Position numbers and translations under genes: made by a program. From assembly GCA_964437705.1 (NCBI GenBank), contig CAYTHX010000003.1, positions 65,229 through 129,228 of the forward strand: 64,000 bases of DNA. Direction: 5' to 3'. The stretch comes from an uncultured Nitrososphaeria archaeon (GTDB taxonomy: Archaea > Thermoproteota > Nitrososphaeria > Geothermarchaeales > JDFR-13). Below the pieces are notes generated by a model. It did no database searches and had not been told where the DNA came from. It saw only the letters and a list, made by a program, of their open reading frames with translations. Below, piece by piece: positions 1-9,163 of the stretch. Numbering within the stretch: the stretch's first letter is position 1; each line of letters opens with the position of its first letter.

Positions 1-1
1 A

Positions 2-2209
2 AATAATATTAAGAGCGCTCTTAGGAGACTTGAGCATTTTAAAAATGAGTTGAAAAAAGAGAAAACGGAATTAAATAAGAAGCTAGAAGAATTAGTAAGA
101 AAGAGAAATAATATTAATGAAAAAATCGTCACTATTGAAAAGGAAATTGAAAAGGCAGAAGAACTTTTAAGGACCGCGGAAAAAGAGATCTTAAGGCTTA
201 AAATCGCTAGAAAACATGGTTTTCAGGGTAATTACGTGGATGATGCGAAGTTTATTTTGAATTTGGCAAAGGACCTCGGAATTAGTGGCGTAATAGACCT
301 ACTTGGCAATAAAATCAAGGGACCTAAGGACATAATAAGTATATTAATGCATATACTAGGTAGAAGATGGTATGCAATACTCGTTAAGAATCGTGTAACA
401 GCCTATCAACTTTCCGAGTTAGCTATGAAACATAATAAGCGAGTAATAATAATACCACTTGATAATGTTAAAGCCATACATTCTACTAAGGAAAATGAGG
501 AACAATCCATCATTAAGTATTTGAAATATCCTAATTATTTAGGTCCACTTATAAACCAGCTACTACAGAGAGTATTAATCATAAATAATTTAGAAGAAGC
601 TGTCAAGAAAGCATCTGAGGGATACGATGTCGTTGATAGAAAAGCGCGTTTCTACATCTACCAAGGCGAATTTTATGTTGGAGAAAAAGCTGCTAAATAT
701 ACAAAGAAGGTAAAGATACAAGAGTTTGAGGAAATACTGTCTGATTTTAAAGACATGATTAAGGTGAGAAAAAGAGATTATAAGGAGTATGTAAGGGAAA
801 GAAATTCATTAAATGTAGAAATTTCAGAAGTAAGGAGTGAGATAGAATCCATAAATGAAATTATAAGGACAGTTAACCATAATATCAATATCTTAACAGA
901 AATTCTAAACTCATATAAGAGAAGACTAGACGATATATCAAATGAGTTATCAAGTTGCCTAGAAAAAGCTGAGATAAGTAAGAAAGATGTGGGAATTGAC
1001 GACTTTATATCTAGTTTAAAGAGATTAGAATATAAGAAAACAGAAATAGAGAGAGAACTCAGAGAAAATAGAGATATGTTGTCTGAAATTAACCAAAAGA
1101 TTATGAAAATAGAGAGTACAATTGCATTAAATAATAAGGAAATCTCAAATTTAGAAATGTTAAAGAAAACTTATGAAAAGAGAATTAGTATACTAAAGAG
1201 GAGAATTGATGGGATACTAAAGAGTAAGGAGAGAATTCTTCAGATTATTAAGAGAAAAAAAGAGAATTTAAATAACTTAAGGCGTAAGGAGAAAGAATTT
1301 ATAGGTATCAAACTAAAAACAGAGAAAAATGTTAAACATTTGGTAACTGAAATAAAAAAGTTGTCGCAACTTTATGATGATTATAATAAGTTAAAGTATA
1401 AAAAACATGAGGAGCTTTCTAGCTTAGAGAAAAGGAAAATTGAATTAGAAAAGGAAATTTCAAGCATTATTAAAGAGAGAAAAAGGTTGATAGAGGATAG
1501 GGAGAAACTAGGATTTGATTATGATGTATTTATATATGATTATAAACTGGCAGAGAAAATACTAAGTGAACTTAAGATGGAAACTCAGGAATTAGGAATG
1601 GTAAATCCGCTAGCTAAAAAAGAATATATGACAAGGTTAGAGCCATATAAACATATCTCTACTAGGAGAGAAGAATTGAGAAAAGAGGAGAAAGCTATTT
1701 TAGAATTTATAGACGATATTGATAAGAAAAGAGAAGCTATTTTAAAGGAAGGTCTTAAGAAGATAAATCAAAAAATGAACAGTATATTTAAGAAAGTATT
1801 TGTAGATGGAGAATTAAGAATAGAGTTAGAGGACAGTGAAAATATCGAAAGTGGATTAATACTAAATGTCAAGCTTCCTGGAAAACCATCTTTACCAGTT
1901 GCTTCGTTAAGTGGAGGAGAAAAATCTTTAGTTCTCGTTACATTTTTAATTGCTATTAATGCAATAAATAAAGATACCATTCTTTTACTAGACGAGATTG
2001 ATGCTCACATCGATCCAAATAATTTATCTAAATTTGCAAGAGCCTTAAGAGAGGAGGGGACTAATAATCAGATTATAATGGTTTCCCTAAAGCCTTCAAT
2101 CATCGAGAATTCCGATAATATAATTGGTGTTACAATTAGAGAGGGGATTAGTAAAGTTGTACAGTTACCGAAGGAGGTGGTCAAGATTTATGGAGGGAAA
2201 AGAGGATAG
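2..2209 (+). CDS. smc: SMC-family chromosome-maintenance ATPase, C-terminal ~730 aa. The 5' end is truncated: the reading frame is open to the window edge.
   Basis: Long heptad/coiled-coil sequence. Hinge-like segment (GRRWYAILV...KRVIIIPLDNVK, resembling the SMC hinge GR.TFLPLN). C-terminal ABC signature LSGGEKSLV and D-loop/Walker B LLLDEIDAHID. No in-frame stop between position 2 and the first listed start. Confidence 0.7.
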   Translation, partial: NNIKSALRRLEHFKNELKKEKTELNKKLEELVRKRNNINEKIVTIEKEIEKAEELLRTAEKEILRLKIARKHGFQGNYVDDAKFILNLAKDLGISGVIDLLGNKIKGPKDIISILMHILGRRWYAILVKNRVTAYQLSELAMKHNKRVIIIPLDNVKAIHSTKENEEQSIIKYLKYPNYLGPLINQLLQRVLIINNLEEAVKKASEGYDVVDRKARFYIYQGEFYVGEKAAKYTKKVKIQEFEEILSDFKDMIKVRKRDYKEYVRERNSLNVEISEVRSEIESINEIIRTVNHNINILTEILNSYKRRLDDISNELSSCLEKAEISKKDVGIDDFISSLKRLEYKKTEIERELRENRDMLSEINQKIMKIESTIALNNKEISNLEMLKKTYEKRISILKRRIDGILKSKERILQIIKRKKENLNNLRRKEKEFIGIKLKTEKNVKHLVTEIKKLSQLYDDYNKLKYKKHEELSSLEKRKIELEKEISSIIKERKRLIEDREKLGFDYDVFIYDYKLAEKILSELKMETQELGMVNPLAKKEYMTRLEPYKHISTRREELRKEEKAILEFIDDIDKKREAILKEGLKKINQKMNSIFKKVFVDGELRIELEDSENIESGLILNVKLPGKPSLPVASLSGGEKSLVLVTFLIAINAINKDTILLLDEIDAHIDPNNLSKFARALREEGTNNQIIMVSLKPSIIENSDNIIGVTIREGISKVVQLPKEVVKIYGGKRG

Positions 2210-2840
2210 AATATTAATCTTGGATCCTATTGAAAAACTTCGAAGAGTTAATCCGTGGACTATAAATATCATTGCAGAATTAAATAAAGTAATCAAGTTA
2301 TTACATGATAAAGTTAACTTCTTTATTGCAGGAATAGCTGTTGAGAATTCATCATTTATATATAAAAGTAAGGTATTAACAATCTTAACATCGCCTAAAA
2401 GAGCATATGAAGAAAACCGTTATATACGAAAACCTCTACCACGAATTCCAAAATTATCTGTAGCTATAACAACTGGAAGACCTCTTATAGACATCACTGA
2501 GTTACTCGAGAGAATTAATGAAATAATCGAAAGAAAACTGTCAACAGTAGTACATGATAAAATGGTAGTCGAAATTCCTATTTATTACGATGAAGCAGAG
2601 GATACTGAGAAAATTTATTCTGAAATTTCAAGACTTTTAGTATCATTTCTTAAGTATAGTGAATCAGGGATCTCAATAATCGACATATTTGATACACTGT
2701 CGAAATATAGATTTTCTGTGATTTTTATAGTTTTGCTAATGATGTATATGAATAACGAGATTGATTTCCAAGTTATTGAGAAAGATGGTGAAGTATATGA
2801 CATCAAAATACAGTTATACAGACATGAGAGGGTTACTTGA
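2190..2840 (+). CDS. scpA: ScpA-like kleisin (segregation and condensation protein A). Start chosen at the internal Met MEGKED, overlapping the smc stop.
   Basis: N-terminal motif ILILDPIEKLRRVNPWTINIIAELNKVIKLL matches the ScpA pattern (dpw.idi..l...yl.yi). Sits immediately 3' of smc with an overlap. Confidence 0.55.
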   Translation: MEGKEDRILILDPIEKLRRVNPWTINIIAELNKVIKLLHDKVNFFIAGIAVENSSFIYKSKVLTILTSPKRAYEENRYIRKPLPRIPKLSVAITTGRPLIDITELLERINEIIERKLSTVVHDKMVVEIPIYYDEAEDTEKIYSEISRLLVSFLKYSESGISIIDIFDTLSKYRFSVIFIVLLMMYMNNEIDFQVIEKDGEVYDIKIQLYRHERVT

Positions 2841-3282
2841 TGCACTCTTTTATGGTTCTTATAAGCCCATACATATTGACCAAATTAAGAAATTACTAAA
2901 TTTAACATCTAGAAAAGAAGCTCGGGTAATTCTGAAGGAATATATAACCGAATTTAATAAGTTCCATAAAGGTGTTAAGTTAGTTTCCAGGAAGGATTAT
3001 TACTATCTAACGATTAAGGATGACTACGTAGATAAAATTAGGAGATATCTTCCACAACCAACGCTATCACCTAGACAAATGGAAATATTAGCATTAATCT
3101 TTATGAAAAAGAGAATACCAGCCTCTGAGCTCAGAGATTATTTTGGACCACGTGTTTACTCAGATTTAAAGAAATTAGCGAGACTTCACTTAATACAGAG
3201 AGAATATATAAACAATAAACTTTATGTTACCCTTCGAGAAGAAGCAAAACTTTTAATTTTTACCAGAAGAAAAACATACTGA
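2761..3282 (+). CDS. scpB: ScpB-like winged-helix protein.
   Basis: GLLDALFYGSYKPIHIDQIKKLL and SPRQMEILALIFMKKRIPASELRDY resemble the tandem wHTH of ScpB. Operon position after scpA. Confidence 0.5.
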   Translation: MISKLLRKMVKYMTSKYSYTDMRGLLDALFYGSYKPIHIDQIKKLLNLTSRKEARVILKEYITEFNKFHKGVKLVSRKDYYYLTIKDDYVDKIRRYLPQPTLSPRQMEILALIFMKKRIPASELRDYFGPRVYSDLKKLARLHLIQREYINNKLYVTLREEAKLLIFTRRKTY

Positions 3283-3416
3283 GATTAAATAGTTATTTTA
3301 CTTCAAAATATCCTAAAGTAAATTAGCAAGTGGAGATAGGTTAATATAATAAAGATTTATAAGTTAACTTCTCTCTATTCATTCATTAGCTAGCTATTAT
3401 TTTTGGTGACTTCAAA

Positions 3417-3803
3417 ATGGTACTTTGGCATTCAGATTTACATAAAAGAAAGAAGACTGGAGGAAGAAAGGGGGTCTGGAGAAAGAAGAGAAAATACGAA
3501 AGAGGGGGAATTCCTGTAGAAACGATTTTAGATGAGGCTAGAAGAAAGGTGGAGAGGGTTAAGGGTGGCTTAATTAAGGTAAGATTATTGCGTGGAAATG
3601 AAGCAAATCTATATATACCTAAGGAGAATAAGACGGTAAAAGTCAAAATACTTAAAGTACTAGAAAATCCCGCTAATAGAGACTATACAAGGAGAGGGGT
3701 AATTACTAAGGGTGCGATTATTCTGACAGAATATGGAAAAGCTGTTGTTTCTTCAAGACCAGGACAAGATGGTGTTATAAATGCTAGGTTGATTGAGCAG
3801 TGA
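3417..3803 (+). CDS. rps8e: 30S ribosomal protein S8e.
   Basis: KRKKTGGRKGVWRKKRKYERGG N-terminus is typical of S8e. 128 aa. Confidence 0.8.
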   Translation: MVLWHSDLHKRKKTGGRKGVWRKKRKYERGGIPVETILDEARRKVERVKGGLIKVRLLRGNEANLYIPKENKTVKVKILKVLENPANRDYTRRGVITKGAIILTEYGKAVVSSRPGQDGVINARLIEQ

Positions 3804-4093
3804 GAGAAAAAAATGTTTACGTAATCTGGTCCGTATATTTTAACTCAGACTTATCAAGAAGAGAGGGTAGAAGAGTTTCCAAAAGCCTCGCAGTTACCAA
3901 GCCTAATATTGAGGAAATAATTGAAAGCTGTAAGAAAATCGGCTTTGAGGTTATACGTGTTAATCCTTCTGCGAAATATCCAAGATGCTGGTGGTATCCA
4001 TCTGGTTACGTCATTGTGAGAAAAAAAGAAGATGTAAATAAAAGAGAGTTGCTTAAAATGATTGCTAAAGAATTACGTAGAATGAGGGGATAA
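3800..4093 (+). CDS. srp19: Signal recognition particle protein SRP19.
   Basis: 97 aa. KYPRCWWYPSGYVIV motif. 4-nt overlap with the upstream gene. Confidence 0.7.
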   Translation: MREKNVYVIWSVYFNSDLSRREGRRVSKSLAVTKPNIEEIIESCKKIGFEVIRVNPSAKYPRCWWYPSGYVIVRKKEDVNKRELLKMIAKELRRMRG

Positions 4094-4095
4094 AT

Positions 4096-4338
4096 GTGAA
4101 AGAAGCAGGTATAATAATACATTTAACTAAGAGTAATCTTTATGTTATTAAGGCTAGCGATAAAGTTTTGCCCGGAACAGATCTTTACGATGCAAGAGGA
4201 AGAAAAATTGCAGTATGTATAGACTTAATTGGACCAATTAATAAACCGTATATTGTTGCTAAGCCATTAATTAATCAACCAAATAAGTATGTCGGAAGCT
4301 ACATATATTATGAAAGGAGGAGAAAAAGTGTCAAATGA
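4096..4338 (+). CDS. gar1: H/ACA RNP protein Gar1.
   Basis: 80 aa. GTDLYDARGRKIAVCIDLIGPINKPYIVAKP resembles the Gar1 core. Confidence 0.7.
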   Translation: MKEAGIIIHLTKSNLYVIKASDKVLPGTDLYDARGRKIAVCIDLIGPINKPYIVAKPLINQPNKYVGSYIYYERRRKSVK

Positions 4339-5206
4339 TATTTTATTTAGATGCCCTACTTGCGGTAAACGAAATTTTATTTATAATAGGGAGAGTGGGG
4401 AGTTTATATGTAGGGAATGTGGTACAGTCATATATAAGGACAATATAGATTTAGGTCCAGAATGGAGAGCATATAGTGAGGAACATGTTGAGAGAAGAAA
4501 AAGAATAGGTGCTCCTTTATCATACTTAAAGGTAGATCTAGGTTTAACTACATATCCGTCAATTGAAACTGAAGATAAAAAGATACATCAGCCCCCCTTA
4601 TCCTATAAGGAAAGAAAACTACAAATAATTCTAAACGAGTTAGAAAGAATAAGTGAGAAATTAAAGTTAAAAAAAGTTGAGAAAGAAACAGCGGCTCAAA
4701 TTGTTAGAAAAGCAGTTGCAGATGGTATTATTAAACGTAGGACTAAGCCAGCCACGATAGCTGCGGCAGGAATTTTGCTAAGTTGCAGATTGTATAATAC
4801 ACCAATTTCCTTAAGGGAAATTTCTCGTGCTATTTTTAATAATAAAGTTAAGGAGCAACAGATAGCAAAGGTGTATCGCCAGTTAGTTAAGTTACTTGGA
4901 GTTAAAGTTAAGTATGATGCAGATCAGCAGCTTCTTAATTTAATATTTAGGAAGATGGAAATTGAGTTTAACCCAGAAGTTTATAATACCGCACTTAATA
5001 TCATTAGATCAGCTAGACAAATGAGGATAGGATCAGGAAAAAGTCCAAATAGTTTAGTTGCAGCAGCACTATATTTATCATTAAAATTACATGGTATAAA
5101 TATAACACAGTTCGAGGTAGCAAAGTTGTCAAACACAACCGAAGTTACGGTGAGATCAAGAATTAAGGAAATTATGTCTCATTTAGATATTGTGATAGAA
5201 TTATAG
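4289..5206 (+). CDS. tfb: Transcription initiation factor TFB (TFIIB homologue).
   Basis: N-terminal zinc ribbon CPTCG...CRECG followed by cyclin repeats. 5' end overlaps gar1. The true start may be the internal MKGGEK. Confidence 0.85.
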   Translation: MSEATYIMKGGEKVSNDILFRCPTCGKRNFIYNRESGEFICRECGTVIYKDNIDLGPEWRAYSEEHVERRKRIGAPLSYLKVDLGLTTYPSIETEDKKIHQPPLSYKERKLQIILNELERISEKLKLKKVEKETAAQIVRKAVADGIIKRRTKPATIAAAGILLSCRLYNTPISLREISRAIFNNKVKEQQIAKVYRQLVKLLGVKVKYDADQQLLNLIFRKMEIEFNPEVYNTALNIIRSARQMRIGSGKSPNSLVAAALYLSLKLHGINITQFEVAKLSNTTEVTVRSRIKEIMSHLDIVIEL

Positions 5207-5219
5207 TGAGGATGAGATT

Positions 5220-5414
5220 ATGAAAAAGAAGATCGAGACCATCCAAAATATACTTGAATATCTTACTGCTCTTCAATGCTTTAAATGCAAATATCACGAA
5301 GAATGCTCATCTGAATACCCAGAATACCTGATTAAATGTAATTATATAGAGAAATGGGTAGTGGAAATGTATAATAAGATGAAAGGTGAAAATCGTGGGA
5401 AGAAGAAGGATTGA
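5220..5414 (+). CDS. Small Cys-rich hypothetical protein (64 aa).
   Basis: ORF with CFKCKYHEECS...C motif. Overlaps the rlmE start. Protein-coding status is uncertain. Confidence 0.25.
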   Translation: MKKKIETIQNILEYLTALQCFKCKYHEECSSEYPEYLIKCNYIEKWVVEMYNKMKGENRGKKKD

Positions 5415-6030
5415 GGAGCTGAGAAAAGATGCTTACTATAAACTTGCTAAACGAGAAGGATATAGGAGTAGGGCAGTATATAAGCTCATTGAAATAAATA
5501 GAGTTTTTAATATAATTCATAAAGGTGATCGTGTTTTAGATCTAGGCTCTGCTCCTGGCGGATGGTTACAGTATATTGCAGAGATAGTTAGTATAGACGG
5601 GACTGTAGTTGGTGTTGATATTAGGCCAATAGAACCACTAGGAAAAAGTAATGTTTATACGTACCAAGGAGATATTTTCGATGACAGTTTAATAATGAAA
5701 ATAAAGGAGAGATTTGGCGAAAATAGATTTGACGTTATTACAAGTGATTTGTCAACAAACATAACAGGAATTTGGGAAATTGATGTATTAAGGAATTTAG
5801 AGTTGAATGAGAGAGTTCTCGAAATAGCTGATCAATTACTAAAACCAGGTGGAAATATAGTTTTAAAAATTTTTGAGGGTCGAGGTGTCGGGAGATTAAT
5901 AGCAAAAGTCCGAAAACTCTTTCGAGTTGTTAAGCTATATAAACCGAGAGCGTCTCGAAAGAGAAGTTCAGAGATTTATATTATAGGAATAGATTATATG
6001 CCACGTAAAGTATCTAAAAAGGAATTATAA
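5386..6030 (+). CDS. rlmE: 23S rRNA 2'-O-ribose methyltransferase RlmE/FtsJ (GTG start).
   Basis: YRSRAVYKLIEI and DLGSAPGGW motifs of the FtsJ family. Confidence 0.85.
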   Translation: MKIVGRRRIEELRKDAYYKLAKREGYRSRAVYKLIEINRVFNIIHKGDRVLDLGSAPGGWLQYIAEIVSIDGTVVGVDIRPIEPLGKSNVYTYQGDIFDDSLIMKIKERFGENRFDVITSDLSTNITGIWEIDVLRNLELNERVLEIADQLLKPGGNIVLKIFEGRGVGRLIAKVRKLFRVVKLYKPRASRKRSSEIYIIGIDYMPRKVSKKEL

Positions 6031-7133
6031 TCTGCTGTCGTTTTTATTCCAAATCTACTAAAATGTGTTCTTGTAGCTTGAAAACCTCTAGCTCTAAGTG
6101 CATCTATCACTTCATTAATTGATGGAGGAGACTTTTTAAGTTTCTTACATGCTACATGGAAATTATAATAAAAAGGTGGGAAATCATTCTCTTCAATAAA
6201 CATGTTTAAATATTTGACTAATTGTTGTGTCTTTTTTTCACTAAACAGGTTATTTTTCAATAATATATTCTTCATCTTTTTAATGTAATTACAATCATGC
6301 AATGGACCTATCCAGAGAGGTCCAGAAACTACAATTTTATCATTTTTACTTAGGTATTCTTTTAGTAAAGTAAGATTACGCATGCTTACAGTGATAATTT
6401 CTCCACTTGTATAGTTATGAATTATATACCCTATATACTCATCTCTGTACTTTAACTTTCCCCGCGATATGCGCATATATACACGTCCATACTGGCCGAG
6501 AACATGGGAGGATAGAAGATCACCATATTTAAAATGCCTTCCAGCAGCTCTTAAAAGCTCCTTAATTAGTATTCTGACGGCTACTTCATGACAATATTCA
6601 GTGTGAACTGGTAAGCTACCATATTTCCGTAACGCAGCTTTAGTATATAATCCACATAATGGAGCTAGGTCGGTTGATGTTATAGCTACTACTCCTTGAT
6701 TTCTCACAGCCGAAACAGCACTATCAATAAAGGGAGAAGGAGAACCAAAAGGGTCTACATCAATAAAATCACATTCATCAAAATGACTATATAGAAAAAC
6801 GTTAGCATCCACATTTCCTACTTGAGAGATCTCTTCAATATTATTTATCTGAACATTTTTTCTTATAATCTTATAGGCTAATCTGGACTTATCGTTAAAT
6901 AATACTCTTTTTACACATTGACTTTCAACTGCGTATCTAATACCCCTTATTCCAGTCGCAGCTAATGGATCTGAAATTACTATCGCGTCATCTTTAATTT
7001 TGCCTTCAACATAAACAAACAGTACACCCAATGTTCTGGTTAATTCAGCTTTGGGATTATAAAAGACCTCCTTATTACCTAATCTATTTAATATTCTTAC
7101 CTTACCTTCAATTATTAGTTCATTGGTAGGCAT
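5994..7133 (-). CDS. trm1: tRNA (guanine26-N2)-dimethyltransferase Trm1.
   Basis: DPFGSPSPFIDSAV and overall Trm1 architecture. 379 aa. Confidence 0.8.
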   Translation of the reverse strand: MPTNELIIEGKVRILNRLGNKEVFYNPKAELTRTLGVLFVYVEGKIKDDAIVISDPLAATGIRGIRYAVESQCVKRVLFNDKSRLAYKIIRKNVQINNIEEISQVGNVDANVFLYSHFDECDFIDVDPFGSPSPFIDSAVSAVRNQGVVAITSTDLAPLCGLYTKAALRKYGSLPVHTEYCHEVAVRILIKELLRAAGRHFKYGDLLSSHVLGQYGRVYMRISRGKLKYRDEYIGYIIHNYTSGEIITVSMRNLTLLKEYLSKNDKIVVSGPLWIGPLHDCNYIKKMKNILLKNNLFSEKKTQQLVKYLNMFIEENDFPPFYYNFHVACKKLKKSPPSINEVIDALRARGFQATRTHFSRFGIKTTADYNSFLDTLRGI

Positions 7134-7189
7134 GATTCAATACACACTATCGTATCACTACTATTTTTAATTATAGAGTTAATAAATTA

Positions 7190-7735
7190 TTGAGAATGAT
7201 AAAGATAATATTAACTGGATTCCCAGGGATTGGGAAAACAACTGCAATACAAAAAATAAATGACTATCTAAAGTTTAGGGGTGTAAAAACTGGAGGATTT
7301 ATAACATTTGAAGAAAGGAAGAATGGTAAAAGAATAGGCTTTAAAATTGTGGATATTTCATCGTTGAAAGAAGATTGGTTAGCTCATGTTTCTTTATTCG
7401 ATGGACCACAAATTGGAAAATATAAAGTAAATGTAAAAGCTGTAGATGATATTGGCGTGAAGGCTGTTTTGAAAGCACTTAAAGAAGCTGATGTAGTGCT
7501 TATCGACGAAGTAGGTCCTATGGAAATGAAAAGTGAAAAATTCAGAGAAGTATTAAAATTAGCTATGCAGAGTGATAAGCCGGTAGTTATTACCTTACAT
7601 AGAAGTTACGTAAATTCAGGACTATCAGAATTGAATACAGACAAGGAAACTATAGTCTTTCGAATAAGCCAAACTAATCGTGAGGCTATACCACTAGTCG
7701 TCTCACGCGAAATACTACGGAGGCTAAAAACTTGA
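7190..7735 (+). CDS. Nucleoside-triphosphatase, THEP1 family.
   Basis: P-loop ILTGFPGIGKTT. 181 aa, typical size. Confidence 0.6.
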   Translation: MRMIKIILTGFPGIGKTTAIQKINDYLKFRGVKTGGFITFEERKNGKRIGFKIVDISSLKEDWLAHVSLFDGPQIGKYKVNVKAVDDIGVKAVLKALKEADVVLIDEVGPMEMKSEKFREVLKLAMQSDKPVVITLHRSYVNSGLSELNTDKETIVFRISQTNREAIPLVVSREILRRLKT

Positions 7736-8379
7736 TAATTGGCGGAGTAGATGAAGCTGGAAGAGGACCTGTGATCGGCCCATTAGTTATAGCAGGATAT
7801 TTCATAGACAGTAATCAGTATCACTTGATTACTAATGTAGTCAAGAAAGATTCTAAAGGTTATAGTTCGAGTCGTAGACTAAAGCTATTTAACTATCTTG
7901 TAGGATTAAAAGGTGTAAAAATACTAGTTACTATTTTACAGCCTAGTATAATCGATGGATGGCTTGAGGATATCGGTAATTTGAACGATCTAGAGGCATA
8001 TTTTATATGTAAGATAATAGCAAATGCAAAACCTAATATTGTTTATGTAGACTCTTGTGATAGTAAGCCGGAGAAGTTTCTTCAGAGGATAAGTAGATTT
8101 AAGAGAATGTTCTCAAATATGAAGTTAGATGTTGATATTAGAGCTGAACTATTTGCAGATATAAAATATCCGGCTGTTTCTGCAGCAAGCATTATAGCAA
8201 AGGTAATAAGGGATAGCTATATCTCTAGGCTATCAGAACAATATGGCGAGATTGGAAGCGGATATCCCTCAGATGCAAAAACAAAAAACTTTTTAATTAT
8301 ATGGAAACAAAAATCAAAGATTCCCCCTCCATTCGTAAGAAAACAGTGGAAAACCGTAAAGGCAATTTTTCAGGATTAA
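7732..8379 (+). CDS. rnhB: Ribonuclease HII.
   Basis: IIGGVDEAGRGPVIGPLVIAG N-terminal active site. Confidence 0.85.
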   Translation: MIIGGVDEAGRGPVIGPLVIAGYFIDSNQYHLITNVVKKDSKGYSSSRRLKLFNYLVGLKGVKILVTILQPSIIDGWLEDIGNLNDLEAYFICKIIANAKPNIVYVDSCDSKPEKFLQRISRFKRMFSNMKLDVDIRAELFADIKYPAVSAASIIAKVIRDSYISRLSEQYGEIGSGYPSDAKTKNFLIIWKQKSKIPPPFVRKQWKTVKAIFQD

Positions 8380-8450
8380 GGTAGCCGAGAATACTCCTTA
8401 TTATCTTATTATCTTAATTATTTTATTTTTAAACTACTCCCATATGTACT

Positions 8451-9149
8451 TTGGTGATACTAATGTTCAAGAGACTTAAGAAGATTCTGATTGCGGGAGA
8501 AACTGAGTTGTTCGATAAGTTAAGAAGATTTGTTGATTATAGTATTAGAGCTATAGAGTTATTAATAGAAATTACTAAGCATGAAAGAGGAAAAGATATT
8601 GATGAATTAATTCTTTTAAATGAAGAAATTAGCTCCTTAGAGAAAAAAGCTGACGAAGAAGTTATGTCTTTAACAAATTATATAATGCAAGGCTCTGTTT
8701 TACCAGGATTTAGAAGTCAATTTATGCTTTTGATAAATATTTTAGATGATATTTTAGATAATATTCACATTCTCTCACGCGAGATACTTAGATTTAGACG
8801 ATATACAGAAATAGAGGAGTCCGAGGACATAATTATAATACATAACAGAATCATAAATCAGCTGGAACATACGGAAAACATGCTAAAAACCCTTACAAAG
8901 TTATTCGATCTAGCAAATGCAAATTGGAATTCTATATTAGAAACAATTGCATACATTGAAAGATTAGAGGAGAGTGGAGACGCTTTAAAAGAGGATACAT
9001 TAGATACCCTTTACATAATCCGTAATAAGATACCGTGGTATGTATTCGATTACTATAAAGATAAAATCTTTAGGATTGATAATATTCAGGATAGATGTGA
9101 GGATGCATCAAATACTTTGATTTTAATATTAAGGCAAATAATGTCATAA
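8451..9149 (+). CDS. DUF47 (TIGR00153) phosphate-transport regulator-like protein.
   Basis: Helical ~230 aa protein immediately upstream of a PiT-type transporter, the usual DUF47-PiT pairing. Confidence 0.55.
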   Translation: MVILMFKRLKKILIAGETELFDKLRRFVDYSIRAIELLIEITKHERGKDIDELILLNEEISSLEKKADEEVMSLTNYIMQGSVLPGFRSQFMLLINILDDILDNIHILSREILRFRRYTEIEESEDIIIIHNRIINQLEHTENMLKTLTKLFDLANANWNSILETIAYIERLEESGDALKEDTLDTLYIIRNKIPWYVFDYYKDKIFRIDNIQDRCEDASNTLILILRQIMS

Positions 9150-9163
9150 GGTGCCTTTAGAAG

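Noticed and set aside
1768-1980. Numerous short antisense or overlapping ORFs (e.g. 1768-1980, 2615-2845, 3386-3646, 9220-9540, 10251-10550, 14433-14615, 23918-24133, 26653-27108, 43377-43706, 43942-44433, 50194-50562, 51567-52082, 57814-58140, 58942-59298)
   Set aside because: Each is embedded opposite or out of frame within a well-supported longer gene and lacks motifs. They were treated as spurious.
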